Shown: positions 29,932 through 39,951, counted from the first letter of the stretch. The stretch: 64,000 nt of DNA from Polyangiaceae bacterium (GCA_033763455.1 JANRKO010000023.1:256001-320000); one strand, 5' to 3'. Program-made: numbers and translations. The notes: a model not told the origin generated them from the sequence alone.

Positions 29932-31053
29932 ATGGGAATTCCTGGGATTTCTGAATCGTTGACGGGAGCAATTGGTTCCGGGTGGTTGCTTGAAGGCGTG
30001 ATTGGCGAGGGTGGAATGGGCGTGGTCTACCGCGCAAGAAAAGGCGCCGAGGCAGCTGCCGTTAAGCTACTTCACGCACACCTATTGGGCCACTCTGGCA
30101 CTGAGAAACGCGTGCTGCGTGAGGCGGTGCTACTGGGCAAGCTTAACCATCCGGGAATTTGTCGCCTCAAGGAAGCGGATGTGCTGAGTGACGGACGGCC
30201 CTTCCTCGTGATGGATCTGCTCCAGGGTCAAACGCTCAAGCAGTGCGCCGCCACGGGAAAGATTCCGGTGGCTCAGCTGATTGAGTACACACTGCAGGTG
30301 CTCGAAGCGTTGACCTACGCCCATGAAAGAGGTGTCATCCACCGCGATCTTAAGCCATCGAATCTGTTCTTGACGGCTCAAGGTCGAGTAAAGATCCTCG
30401 ATTTCGGCGTTGCGCGCTCTCTTCTGGAGGACTCCACGTGGCAGAGCTCGGTGGGAGAGCTCATCGGTACCCCTGCTTTCATGGCTCCGGAGCAGGCATC
30501 GGGCAAGCATGAAGAAGTGGGTCCCGCGACGGACATCTGGTCGCTAGGAGCTACCCTCTTTACTCTATTGACCGGTGAATACGTGCATCCCGCCGAATCC
30601 GAGCTCGAACGCGTCGGACGCGCCATGACCGTGGCCGCTCGAAAAGTGCGTTCCGTGGTGCCTGATTTCCCGGAGGCGCTGGCCGCCATTATCGATAAAT
30701 CACTCGCTTTCGAGATGGATGATCGCTTCCGCAGCGCGGTGAGTATGCGGTGCGCAATCAAGTTAGCGGTCGCGGAGAACACCTTCATCAGCAAAGCGGG
30801 TGCAGCCAACACGTTGCAGGGCGAGCCCGACGAAACGCTGGTCTATGGGTCAGCTCCCACCGGAAAGAGCTCACCTTCGCGGGATGAGCCAAGGCTCGAG
30901 TCGAGGCACCCATTGACACCTCCTTCGTCCGTCATTGTTCGCGATACCGCACCGATCCACCATCCCCTACCAAGGCTTGTGCGAGCCTGGGGGAGGGCTG
31001 CGAAATGGTGCTGCAACACGCTGAAGGCTCCACTGCCCGCGCAGGGTTCCTAG
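29932..31053 (+). CDS. Hanks-type Ser/Thr protein kinase (paralog of the kinase domain at 43406-45130)
   Basis: Motifs GEGGMGVVY, AVK, HRDLKPSN, DFG, GTPAFMAPE and DIWSLG. Confidence 0.93.
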   Translation: MGIPGISESLTGAIGSGWLLEGVIGEGGMGVVYRARKGAEAAAVKLLHAHLLGHSGTEKRVLREAVLLGKLNHPGICRLKEADVLSDGRPFLVMDLLQGQTLKQCAATGKIPVAQLIEYTLQVLEALTYAHERGVIHRDLKPSNLFLTAQGRVKILDFGVARSLLEDSTWQSSVGELIGTPAFMAPEQASGKHEEVGPATDIWSLGATLFTLLTGEYVHPAESELERVGRAMTVAARKVRSVVPDFPEALAAIIDKSLAFEMDDRFRSAVSMRCAIKLAVAENTFISKAGAANTLQGEPDETLVYGSAPTGKSSPSRDEPRLESRHPLTPPSSVIVRDTAPIHHPLPRLVRAWGRAAKWCCNTLKAPLPAQGS

Positions 31054-31160
31054 AGGGGGAGCTGCGACAGATACGGGGTGAGCTTCGTGCTCACGCGCGG
31101 GGGACGCCCGTAGACGAGGGGTCGGTGGATACGTTGGGGTAGGAGGGGTGCGGCGTTAGC

Positions 31161-31826
31161 TTACCAGCGAATAAGCAGATCGACGTCACATTCCGACAAC
31201 ACACGCAGACTGACGGAGTGGTTACGTTCGTAAACCTTACAACCACCTTCCATGACACCCACTTGGTAGCAGTCCGGAAAGTTCCAAATCGATCTGAACT
31301 CCTGCACTGCTTGATGCTCGGAGATGTGACGAATTGTGACGGTACCGCTGATGCTGTGTCGATAGGCTGCCGGGGTGATGTTTATTGCGGCACGCAAATC
31401 CCTTCCTGCAACCGCGAACATCACACGGCCTGCAATCGATTCGGCCAAGGTGGGAAACGCTTCCCAACCGACCCGCCGCACTGCCTCTCGCAACGTCACA
31501 TGGGGATACCTTGCCTCGGCATAGCGAACAATCAACTCCATGTAGTCCCGCATTGGGTAGTCTCGAAACGCGGTGTACCTAGGCTCGCACCTTACATTGA
31601 ATCGCCGCGCGGCGCGCGCCAAGTTCTCGAAGAACATCCCTTTGACGATCGCCGTATCCGGTGTATTCTGTATCTGAACCTGCGGCCTAAACTGCACGTC
31701 AAAGTTCGGCACCTGAAACGATTGAGGGTCGATCCCGGCAGAAAGGAGTTCAGCATCAAGGTCGGACTCTTCAAAGCGTCGAGGAAGTAAGGAAGCCGTT
31801 GATTGGGCGTTGAAAAAGTGGGCCAT
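31161..31826 (-). CDS. DUF2378 (TIGR02265-type, Myxococcales-associated) protein
   Basis: Motifs VKGMFFENL, RYTAFRDYP, EAVRRVG, ESIAGRVMF and YQVGVMEG, with a terminal Trp. Confidence 0.8.
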   Translation of the reverse strand: MAHFFNAQSTASLLPRRFEESDLDAELLSAGIDPQSFQVPNFDVQFRPQVQIQNTPDTAIVKGMFFENLARAARRFNVRCEPRYTAFRDYPMRDYMELIVRYAEARYPHVTLREAVRRVGWEAFPTLAESIAGRVMFAVAGRDLRAAINITPAAYRHSISGTVTIRHISEHQAVQEFRSIWNFPDCYQVGVMEGGCKVYERNHSVSLRVLSECDVDLLIRW

Positions 31827-32017
31827 CTGCAGGTGACCTTTCTTGTGTCACGCATACGAACGGCCTTCACGCATCGCACTTAAGGTGCCGCCGTGATTTT
31901 CCCGACATCGTTAGGTTTCAGATCTCGCACGCCGCCTATTGGACTCTGATCCAGCCGAATTAGCCTCCGGCCGAGCGAGATCACAATCGCACTGAACAGA
32001 CGTCCTCCCATGGCGCA

Positions 32018-35000
32018 TTAGCCACTTCGCACCAAGTCGGTGCCTTGCGAGGAAGCCTGAGCCCCTGAAGTCCGCACAGACATCTCGAACCACGCCGCAA
32101 GTTCCGTACCGACTTTGAGGTCCGCACGCCACTGCTCAACGCCCGCCATTGCGCCCTCTCTCGCGACGGTTAGCTCAGGAATCTCGCCGGCAAATACAAA
32201 ACGAGACGTGAAGCACCCTCCGGCAATGATTGTCCATGAGCCTTCGGCCCCATTTTCAAACGTGATCGCTGCGTCCACCAGGTGGAAGATATCGCGCACC
32301 ATAATCGAGACGGGATACGCTGGGTATCCGACGAAGTGACCAAGACAGCGAGCCTGTTCAATTGGTGCCAACGTCAGACTCGCGCGGCCAATGCCTACCG
32401 CTGCAGGTTCCTGATGGGGAAACTCCCGATACGGGTCATCACCCAAACCCTCGTGGGTGGGCCGAGCATGTTGGGCAAATAGTACTTTGAATTCTTCCTC
32501 AGGAATCACGTGGTATGTCACATCAAATCGGCAAAGCACCTCGCCACCTTGGGAGCATAAGATCGTTTCGGCTGAACCGACGCTCCCCTTTGGGTCGAAG
32601 TGAATTGGCTTTGCCCTAACCACTACCTCGCCCGGCAACGCAAGACCAACCCACTCGCGAAGCCGTGCTTCCTTAACCGGATAGTAGATCCTTCCGCTTG
32701 CGTTGCCGTGAACCACACGAAGGGCGCAAGACCCGAGTATGGCCATATGCCTGGCTGCCTCGGCTAGTCCCTGTGCGCTCGAGCCATTGGTTGGCACTTC
32801 TGCTGGTTTGACTCGCGCGGTAAGCCAATCACCTTCCTGCAGGACTTCCTCAAGCGCGAAATATGGGGGTTGGACGCAGATTCTTTCCAGAAAATGCTGG
32901 CGCAGATTGCCAGGCACCCCGCTTAGTCGCACCGGCACGGCATCGGCATCCGCAGTGGGTGTCACTTCCGGCGTGGCGAGCGCGAGAACCCGCTGGAGCA
33001 CGAGCGCCGCAAGGGCCGCTACAGAGCGCCCAGCAAGTAGTTCCATGGTGGAAACCTCCACGCCCAGCTGCACTTCAATCTCAGCTTGAAGCTCAAGGGC
33101 GATCAACGAGTCCATGCCAAGGTTTCTGAGCGGCAACTCGATCTCAAACCTCTCAACTTCCACCTTGAAAATTGGCGCGACAACGGCCTTCAACCGAGCC
33201 TGAACGAATTCCATGCGATCCTGGGCGTTCAGAGCCCCAAGGCGCCTCACCAACTCCTCGATTTGGGAGTTTGCCGATGAATCTTGTCGGAGAACGCGCT
33301 CAAGACGCCTCCAAGAGGTATCTGGTGCCGAGCGGACCCACCGGTTCCAGTCCGCATCGACAATCCCGTGGTCGACCTGCCCCTCCTTCAACGCACCCCG
33401 CAGCGCCTCAAGCACCCGACTAGAGAGCATTGAACTGAATCCGATGCGCTGTAGGTGCGCGCCCACAGCTTCGTCCCGGGCGACCATCCCCACGTCGCCT
33501 ATGGCACCCCAACCTATGCTAGTTGCAGCAAGGCCGTTAGCTTTCCGCAAATGAGCCAACGCATCAAGAAAACCGTTTGCCGCCGCATATGCCCCTTGTC
33601 CAGGATTCCCAATCCATCCGGCAACAGAGGAGTAGAGTACGAAGTGATCTAGCGGCAAATGCGCTGTTGCAAGGTGTAGATTCCACGCACCCACTGCTTT
33701 CGCACCCAGTACTGAGCGGAGTGATTCCTCCGTTATTTGCCGAATTGGTTCATCGACCAAGAGCGCCGCTGCGTGAAAAACTCCCCGAAGAGGCTTGTCG
33801 AGTGCGCTCAAGCGCTCGACAAGCGTTCTTATTGCCGAGCTGTCCGCAACATCCAGGGATTCGCATCGCACATCACAATCGAGCCTCGCAACGAGCCTGA
33901 GCACTCGTTCTCGGTCTGCCGAAGAGGGCTCCCCGCGGCGGCTAGCCAGGACCAATGCACCCGCACCACAATCAGCCAACCACTCCGCAGTGCGCAGGCC
34001 AAAGCCCCCGAGTCCACCAACGACGAGATACGTGCCGTCGCGGCTGATCTCAGGCCGAGGCGCTAGGCCCGGGGCGACATCGCCCACGCCCTCGCTGAAA
34101 TCTAGAATGACCTTGCCGATTCGTTCCTCATTCGCAAGCTCACGAAAGGCGTCGGCCGCTCGATGTGCCGAAAACATTTGAGTGGGCAACGGATGCAGCG
34201 TACCGTCCTGGAATGCTGCGCATACCCGTTGAGCAAGCGGCTTAAAGAACTTCGGTGCTTCTAGGCTCATCCGATCCAAATCCACCGCCAGAAACGAAAT
34301 CGCTCGACTGAACACTGAGAGCCCAAGCTTGCGATTCTCAGCGAAGTCTTGCTTTCCCAGCTCAACGAAACGACCACCGGGGGCAAGCAACTCAACGCTC
34401 TTCTGCAGGTGTTCCCCGCTCAGCGAATTCAAAACAACATCTACTCCGCTTCCGCCTGTGGCACGCCGAACTTGCGTCGCGTAGTCAAGCGTCTTCGAAT
34501 CGTAGATGTGCGACACCCCGAGGGCGGCCAAGTACTGCCTTTTCCCCAGGGTTCCGGCGGTCGCCAAAATCCGCGCCCCGCGCGACTGAGCTATCTGAAT
34601 GGCAGCCAAACCCACGGCACTCGTCGCGGAGTGGATAAGGACTGTCTCACCTGCCGCAAGTTGCGCTCGGTCGACCAGCGCATGTAGGGCCGTCGCATAA
34701 ACAAGGAAGGACGCAGCCACGCTGCCATCCAACGCGGGATCGGAGGGAACAACAAAGTCTTCTGTTACCCGCAAGCGCGTCGCAAGTGCGCCTCCTACAA
34801 ACACGATAACGCGCTGCCCCGCCGCTACACTCGAAACGGATGTCCCCACGCGGAGGACCCGTCCGGACGCTTCCACCCCCAGCTCGGTTCCCAGGTAGGT
34901 GCGATGCATTGCGGCCTTGTGCAACAGCCCCGTTGCCTTCATGAGATCCTTGAAATTCAAACTTGCATGCTCGACTTCGACCTCGACCTCATTCGGCGCC

Positions 35001-38000
35001 AGCGCCATGCCAAAATGACGAGGCCTGAAAATCACACTATTAACAGCCCCCGGCCTTTCCACGAACAGCTCACAGGGTTCACCTGGGTGGGAAAGTCGGC
35101 GTTCCGCTCTTCGGGCCTCGAATATGGGCGGCACGCGCACAATTCGGAGAGCGTGGCGTATGCCGTCACGCAACGCGCACTCCTCTTCATCCCTACTCAG
35201 AATTGCCTGCTTTAGGTCGAGCGCACGGATGTCCACCGATAGCGGCAGATCCAGCACCTTCGTGGCAAGCTCCGGGTGTTCTGTCATTGCCACACGAGTG
35301 AAGCCGAGAAGGGCGCCGCTCGGCGGCCTGGTGGCTTCTCCGTGCAGTGAGTGTGCCCCGTGCGTCAAGACGGTAAGTCGCGACGCCCCCCGCGACGCGA
35401 GCGTTTGAACGCAACGTATCAGTGCCCAAAGTTCTGTGTGAAGGTCGGCCTCGTCCTTTCGGCTTCCAACAAAGACGACGTGCACTTCAGAGGCACCTTC
35501 GGGAATTTTCGCAGCCGCGGGCTGCCCCACACTCTCAAGCTGAACAATTGCCCAATCCACCGTTTCTGAATCCGGGCCGACGACACAAAGTGGCTGGACG
35601 ACGTGGAGCGGCACGACTGGCGGAGCCAGCACCCACTCCTTTCCGTGAAGCCACGCGAGCTCGCTGCCACGCAGCTCCTGTGACCTTCCGATCGGCTCCA
35701 ACACCAGGTCCTCAACCCTCGCAACGAGTTCACCGCTAGGTTCGCAGAGGTCGACGTCAAACACGAGTTGACCTGGGGTTTGTATCCGTCTGCATACCGC
35801 GTAAAGTGAGCCACTCGCGCGACGAAAACAGCGGACAGTTCCAGCTCGCACGGGAATGACCGGAGAATCCTGACCGCCCCGAAGCAAGGCGAAGAGTGCC
35901 TGAAACGCAGCATCCAAGAGTGCCGGAAAAACCCAATAAGCGGGTTGTGAAACCGCCATAATTTCCGCAATGCTTACGCCACCGTGTCCCTGCCATAGGC
36001 GCTGAATCCCGCGAAACGATCCAGTGTAGTTCAGCCCAATGTCACCCAAATCTTGATAAAAAACGTCGACTTCGCAGCTTTCTGCCTCCGCGAGCAACGC
36101 TTGGATATCGAGGCGGTTCGGACGTAGGTATCTGGAGCGCGGGGCAAGCTGGATTCTAGCATGCGTCACAGAGCCACCATTGAGCTTGCTGCCTATAATC
36201 ACCTGGTCCCCCGCGTAGCGAACAACCAGCTTAGCTGGCTCTCCCTCGACAACGACTAGACCCTTAAGAAACTCCGCATCAGATAAGACATGTTCGTGAT
36301 CCCCAAACAGCTCGGCGCTTACCGCAAAGGCAATCTCAAGATAACCAGCAGCTGGAAACACGCGAGCGCCCTGCACTTGATGGCCGCTAAGCCAATCGAA
36401 ACGGGTGTCGTCCAGCTCTACCTCCCACTCAGGATCACCCCCCGAATTGCGCTGGTCTAGGAACGGATGCGCGGATGGGCGACCCAAACGATACGCCAAC
36501 GCCGCATCACTCTCTTCCCAGTAGCGTTTGCGCTGGAAGGGATAACGTGGGAGGGCCACTTGGGGCGCGCTTGGAACCAGTTTTTCCCAATCCAGCTCCA
36601 CGCCTGCGCAATGCAATGCCGCCAAGCACTTCTCAAAACACTGATTCTGCGGTTCATTGCGCCGCAGGCTAGACATCGACTTAACGGCAACACCCACCTC
36701 CCGTGCACACCCCTGAATGGCCCCGGCTAGAACCGGGTGGGGCCCAACCTCGAGAAAGCCGTCAAACCCTTCAGTGAGCGCAGCATGTAGGGCGGGCTGA
36801 AGAAGCACAGGCATTCTAGCGTTCTTCCACCAATAGTCGCCGTCATGAGTCGGCGCGGTAATGCGGATCCCATAGGCAGTTGAAAAAAGCGGGTGATTAG
36901 GTTCGCTCGGGCGTAGGTTGGCCAAGCGAGCCACAAAGCCTCCCGCCAGCGGATCCATATGAGCGCTGTGGTAGGCGACATCAACGTGCATAAACTTAGA
37001 AAACGTTTCCTTGGTGTCCAACTCCGCCTTTAGAGCCTTCAGAGAATCACGCTTGCCCGCCAACACGATCGAGCGAGCACCATTGATCGCGGCCACGCAA
37101 ACGTCATCGAGCTCGCGGCAAAGCACCTCCGCTTCTTCCAGCGAAAGCTCAACGGCCAACATGGTACCCCGACCCGCCACTTGTTCCTGGAGGTCGCTGC
37201 GATGGAACGCTGCAAAGGTGGCGTCCTCCAAACTCAAGCAACCACTGGCCCACGCTGCCGTTAGCTCACCCACGCTGTGGCCGAGGTAGCCGGCAAACTT
37301 GACGCCGTAGTGCAGCAGGAGCTCCGTAAGCGCGACTTGAAGCAGGAAATTCGCAGGCTGGGCGACGAAGTTACGATTGAGTCTCGAATGTGGCTCTGAC
37401 GCTAGCATTTCTTTTAACAGCGACCAACCGGATGCGTTTTGGAACAACGTATCGACCCGCTCTGCGGCGCGACGGAATACCGGTTCGCACCCAAAGAGTT
37501 CTCGCCCCATTCCCCACCATTGGGGGCCCATTCCAGTATAGACGCAGCATAATCGCGAAACATCTGCTCGGTCTTTCACAAGGCTTTCGTGAGGTTGTCC
37601 CTCTTGGATCGCGCGAAATGCCACCGCCACACTGGATGGATCAGTGGAGAGGACCGCAGCACGAACCGGAAGATGACCGCGATGGTGAGCCAAAGTTGAC
37701 GCAACCCCGTACGGGTTCGCTTCCACCAACGGAAGGAGCTGCCTGGCACGCTCCATCAAGGCATGCTCATCAAACGCCGAAACACAGATCATGCGCGGAC
37801 CGCGCGGGTCTACGCGAGGCATGCCTCGGGTATGCTCGGGGGCGGCTGAAAGTATGGCGTGCCCGTTGGTACCGCCGTAGCCAAACGAGTTAACGGCTGC
37901 AGTCAGATCAGTGTTCTCTGGCCAATCCTCAGCATTTAGGGGAACTCGAATGCCGAGACCTACGAAGTCAATCTCGGGGTTCGGTGTTAGGAGTTCCCGA

Positions 38001-39148
38001 ACGGGAAATATCTTTCGGTGGTACAGGCTGAGGGCTGTCTTCATAACACCGGCCACACCGGCCCCTGCTTCCAGATGACCGATGTTCGTCTTGACCGAGC
38101 CAACAATGAGGGGTTGAGCTCGTCCGGCGCCCGCGTACACCTCGGACAGCGCTCGGGTCTCGGCAAGGTCACCGGCACGAGTACCCGTCCCGTGCGCTTC
38201 TACATATCCCACACGCTTGGGGTCGATGCCAGCACGGTCGCTCACTCGACGAGAGAGAGCAACCTGAGCATCACTGTTTGGCAAGGCCATACCATCCGTA
38301 CGCCCATCCTGATTCACACCAGAAGCCAAAATCTGCGCATAGATCCGATCGCCATTCCGAATCGCATCCTCAAGCCTTTTCAGGACCAGCAAGGCAGCAC
38401 CTTCGCCCCGGCCATATCCGTCGGCGGCGGCGTCGAAGGTCTTGGAACGGCCATCCCGCGCAAGAAACTGCCCTTTGCACATCAAGATCATGCTGGCTGG
38501 CGAAAGCATAACGTTCACGCCACCCGCCACCGCGGCATCACACGCACCGTCAAGCAAGTCCCGACACGCAAGATGAATTGTAACCAGCGAGGACGAGCAC
38601 GCCGTGTCCACCGAAATACTGGGCCCATGCCAGTCGAATACGTACGAGAGACGGTTAGACAAAATCGTCCCCGTGACGCTGGTCGGCGTGTGGCTAGCCA
38701 TTAGGTGTGTGTTCGCAGGAAACGTCGTAATATCCCGAATATCCTGCATGAACCCCCCAACGTAGACGCCTGTGTTGCTTCCGCGAAGCTTCGTCACCGG
38801 CATTCCGGCGTCTTCAAGAGCATCCCAAGCGGATTCCAAGAGCAAGCGTTGCTGCGGGTCGAGCAACGCACACTCACGCGGCGACAAGTTAAACGGCGCC
38901 GGATCCATCGAAAAAATGTCCTGCCTTAGGAAGGCAGCACGCTTCACATACATCCGGCCAGGGGCTGCCTCGTTTGGGCTGTAGAAGCGCCCAAGGCTCC
39001 AACGATCGGCCGGTACGTCGCAGACGGCGTCTCCGTGCTGCTCCAGAAAACGCGCAAGTTCGTCCGGTGTGGTGGAATCGCCAGGCAGGCGAAACCCCAT
39101 CCCTACGATGGCAATCGGATGACATTGTGCGCGACGAAAAGGGGCCAT
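32018..39148 (-). CDS. single-module reducing type I polyketide synthase: KS-AT-DH-ER-KR-ACP plus ~290-aa C-terminal hotdog-like region
   Basis: KS DTACSSS, HGTGT and TNIGH; AT GHSVG and VAYHS; DH HQVQGARVFP and DAAFQ; ER SLNFKD and LIHSATSAVG; KR GGLGGFG and GQGAYAAAN; ACP LGMDSL. No TE GxSxG or reductase motif follows the ACP. Confidence 0.93.
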   Translation of the reverse strand: MAPFRRAQCHPIAIVGMGFRLPGDSTTPDELARFLEQHGDAVCDVPADRWSLGRFYSPNEAAPGRMYVKRAAFLRQDIFSMDPAPFNLSPRECALLDPQQRLLLESAWDALEDAGMPVTKLRGSNTGVYVGGFMQDIRDITTFPANTHLMASHTPTSVTGTILSNRLSYVFDWHGPSISVDTACSSSLVTIHLACRDLLDGACDAAVAGGVNVMLSPASMILMCKGQFLARDGRSKTFDAAADGYGRGEGAALLVLKRLEDAIRNGDRIYAQILASGVNQDGRTDGMALPNSDAQVALSRRVSDRAGIDPKRVGYVEAHGTGTRAGDLAETRALSEVYAGAGRAQPLIVGSVKTNIGHLEAGAGVAGVMKTALSLYHRKIFPVRELLTPNPEIDFVGLGIRVPLNAEDWPENTDLTAAVNSFGYGGTNGHAILSAAPEHTRGMPRVDPRGPRMICVSAFDEHALMERARQLLPLVEANPYGVASTLAHHRGHLPVRAAVLSTDPSSVAVAFRAIQEGQPHESLVKDRADVSRLCCVYTGMGPQWWGMGRELFGCEPVFRRAAERVDTLFQNASGWSLLKEMLASEPHSRLNRNFVAQPANFLLQVALTELLLHYGVKFAGYLGHSVGELTAAWASGCLSLEDATFAAFHRSDLQEQVAGRGTMLAVELSLEEAEVLCRELDDVCVAAINGARSIVLAGKRDSLKALKAELDTKETFSKFMHVDVAYHSAHMDPLAGGFVARLANLRPSEPNHPLFSTAYGIRITAPTHDGDYWWKNARMPVLLQPALHAALTEGFDGFLEVGPHPVLAGAIQGCAREVGVAVKSMSSLRRNEPQNQCFEKCLAALHCAGVELDWEKLVPSAPQVALPRYPFQRKRYWEESDAALAYRLGRPSAHPFLDQRNSGGDPEWEVELDDTRFDWLSGHQVQGARVFPAAGYLEIAFAVSAELFGDHEHVLSDAEFLKGLVVVEGEPAKLVVRYAGDQVIIGSKLNGGSVTHARIQLAPRSRYLRPNRLDIQALLAEAESCEVDVFYQDLGDIGLNYTGSFRGIQRLWQGHGGVSIAEIMAVSQPAYWVFPALLDAAFQALFALLRGGQDSPVIPVRAGTVRCFRRASGSLYAVCRRIQTPGQLVFDVDLCEPSGELVARVEDLVLEPIGRSQELRGSELAWLHGKEWVLAPPVVPLHVVQPLCVVGPDSETVDWAIVQLESVGQPAAAKIPEGASEVHVVFVGSRKDEADLHTELWALIRCVQTLASRGASRLTVLTHGAHSLHGEATRPPSGALLGFTRVAMTEHPELATKVLDLPLSVDIRALDLKQAILSRDEEECALRDGIRHALRIVRVPPIFEARRAERRLSHPGEPCELFVERPGAVNSVIFRPRHFGMALAPNEVEVEVEHASLNFKDLMKATGLLHKAAMHRTYLGTELGVEASGRVLRVGTSVSSVAAGQRVIVFVGGALATRLRVTEDFVVPSDPALDGSVAASFLVYATALHALVDRAQLAAGETVLIHSATSAVGLAAIQIAQSRGARILATAGTLGKRQYLAALGVSHIYDSKTLDYATQVRRATGGSGVDVVLNSLSGEHLQKSVELLAPGGRFVELGKQDFAENRKLGLSVFSRAISFLAVDLDRMSLEAPKFFKPLAQRVCAAFQDGTLHPLPTQMFSAHRAADAFRELANEERIGKVILDFSEGVGDVAPGLAPRPEISRDGTYLVVGGLGGFGLRTAEWLADCGAGALVLASRRGEPSSADRERVLRLVARLDCDVRCESLDVADSSAIRTLVERLSALDKPLRGVFHAAALLVDEPIRQITEESLRSVLGAKAVGAWNLHLATAHLPLDHFVLYSSVAGWIGNPGQGAYAAANGFLDALAHLRKANGLAATSIGWGAIGDVGMVARDEAVGAHLQRIGFSSMLSSRVLEALRGALKEGQVDHGIVDADWNRWVRSAPDTSWRRLERVLRQDSSANSQIEELVRRLGALNAQDRMEFVQARLKAVVAPIFKVEVERFEIELPLRNLGMDSLIALELQAEIEVQLGVEVSTMELLAGRSVAALAALVLQRVLALATPEVTPTADADAVPVRLSGVPGNLRQHFLERICVQPPYFALEEVLQEGDWLTARVKPAEVPTNGSSAQGLAEAARHMAILGSCALRVVHGNASGRIYYPVKEARLREWVGLALPGEVVVRAKPIHFDPKGSVGSAETILCSQGGEVLCRFDVTYHVIPEEEFKVLFAQHARPTHEGLGDDPYREFPHQEPAAVGIGRASLTLAPIEQARCLGHFVGYPAYPVSIMVRDIFHLVDAAITFENGAEGSWTIIAGGCFTSRFVFAGEIPELTVAREGAMAGVEQWRADLKVGTELAAWFEMSVRTSGAQASSQGTDLVRSG

Positions 39149-39337
39149 AAGAGCGCATCCTCACGCTTCGCGCGCTGGCTGGCAAGGCTGCTCCGGCGGC
39201 ACTGCAGCGTGCCAGTTCTACTGAACTGCAATTAGCTGCGCCTGGTGAGCACCGCGAGCTGCTGGCAAGTCATTGCTCAAGCGCCCCTCTGGCTGAAAAG
39301 TTACTGAAACGTTTTCGACAGCGCTGACCGCTTTGTT

Positions 39338-39841
39338 TTACGCTGCACGCGCGTTCCGCTGCGTTCGAATGCCTTGGATGATCTTTGCAACATCGAGCGC
39401 GTTGGCCGTCTGCCCCTGAGGGCCTCGAACAAACGGACAAATTTCCTTGGCTGCCTCAGCAACGCTTCGAGCCACCGACTGCCGCAGGCCCGTCTCCCGG
39501 AGGTTCTGAAACGACACGACGACTCCAATCACACTGCTTGCCCAGAACCCCTGGCCATCCACCAACTGGACGCTCTTCACCAGGTGAGAGGCCAACGCCC
39601 GCTGCTGATTCTTGATAATCTCGCGAGCCCAGGGCTCGGGCGGCCGAGCGCCCTGCTCAAGGATGCTCAACGCAATCACGCCAGGGTACGTCGTTGCGAG
39701 CGCCCACATTTCCTGTTCCAGAGTCGTAAGGTGCTGGGAACGAACCTCCCCACTCCATACCATCACATACATGTTGAACCAGGACGCTCGAGCGAACTCA
39801 GCATCGAGTGCTAACAGCTTCGGCGTCTGAAGGCTGGCCAT
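39338..39841 (-). CDS. small STAS/SEC14(SpoIIAA)-like protein, myxobacterial type
   Basis: 167-aa ORF with the pattern YVMVWSG...RPPEPWARE...LVDGQGFWASSV...ARSVAEA. The fold assignment is inferred. Confidence 0.55.
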   Translation of the reverse strand: MASLQTPKLLALDAEFARASWFNMYVMVWSGEVRSQHLTTLEQEMWALATTYPGVIALSILEQGARPPEPWAREIIKNQQRALASHLVKSVQLVDGQGFWASSVIGVVVSFQNLRETGLRQSVARSVAEAAKEICPFVRGPQGQTANALDVAKIIQGIRTQRNARAA

Positions 39842-39951
39842 GGGGCGACTTTAACAATACGGCTGCGCGGCGGAAACCTTTTGCGCTTTTCCTAAGTGAG
39901 GGTGCGCCTTTGCACCAGACACAGGCGGTGTTGTAAGGTGCACAACTACGT

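Noticed and set aside
39198..39214. sigma-54 promoter upstream of the PKS (minus strand TGGCACGCTGCAGTGC)
   Set aside because: The GG-to-GC spacing is 11 rather than the strict 10 nt.
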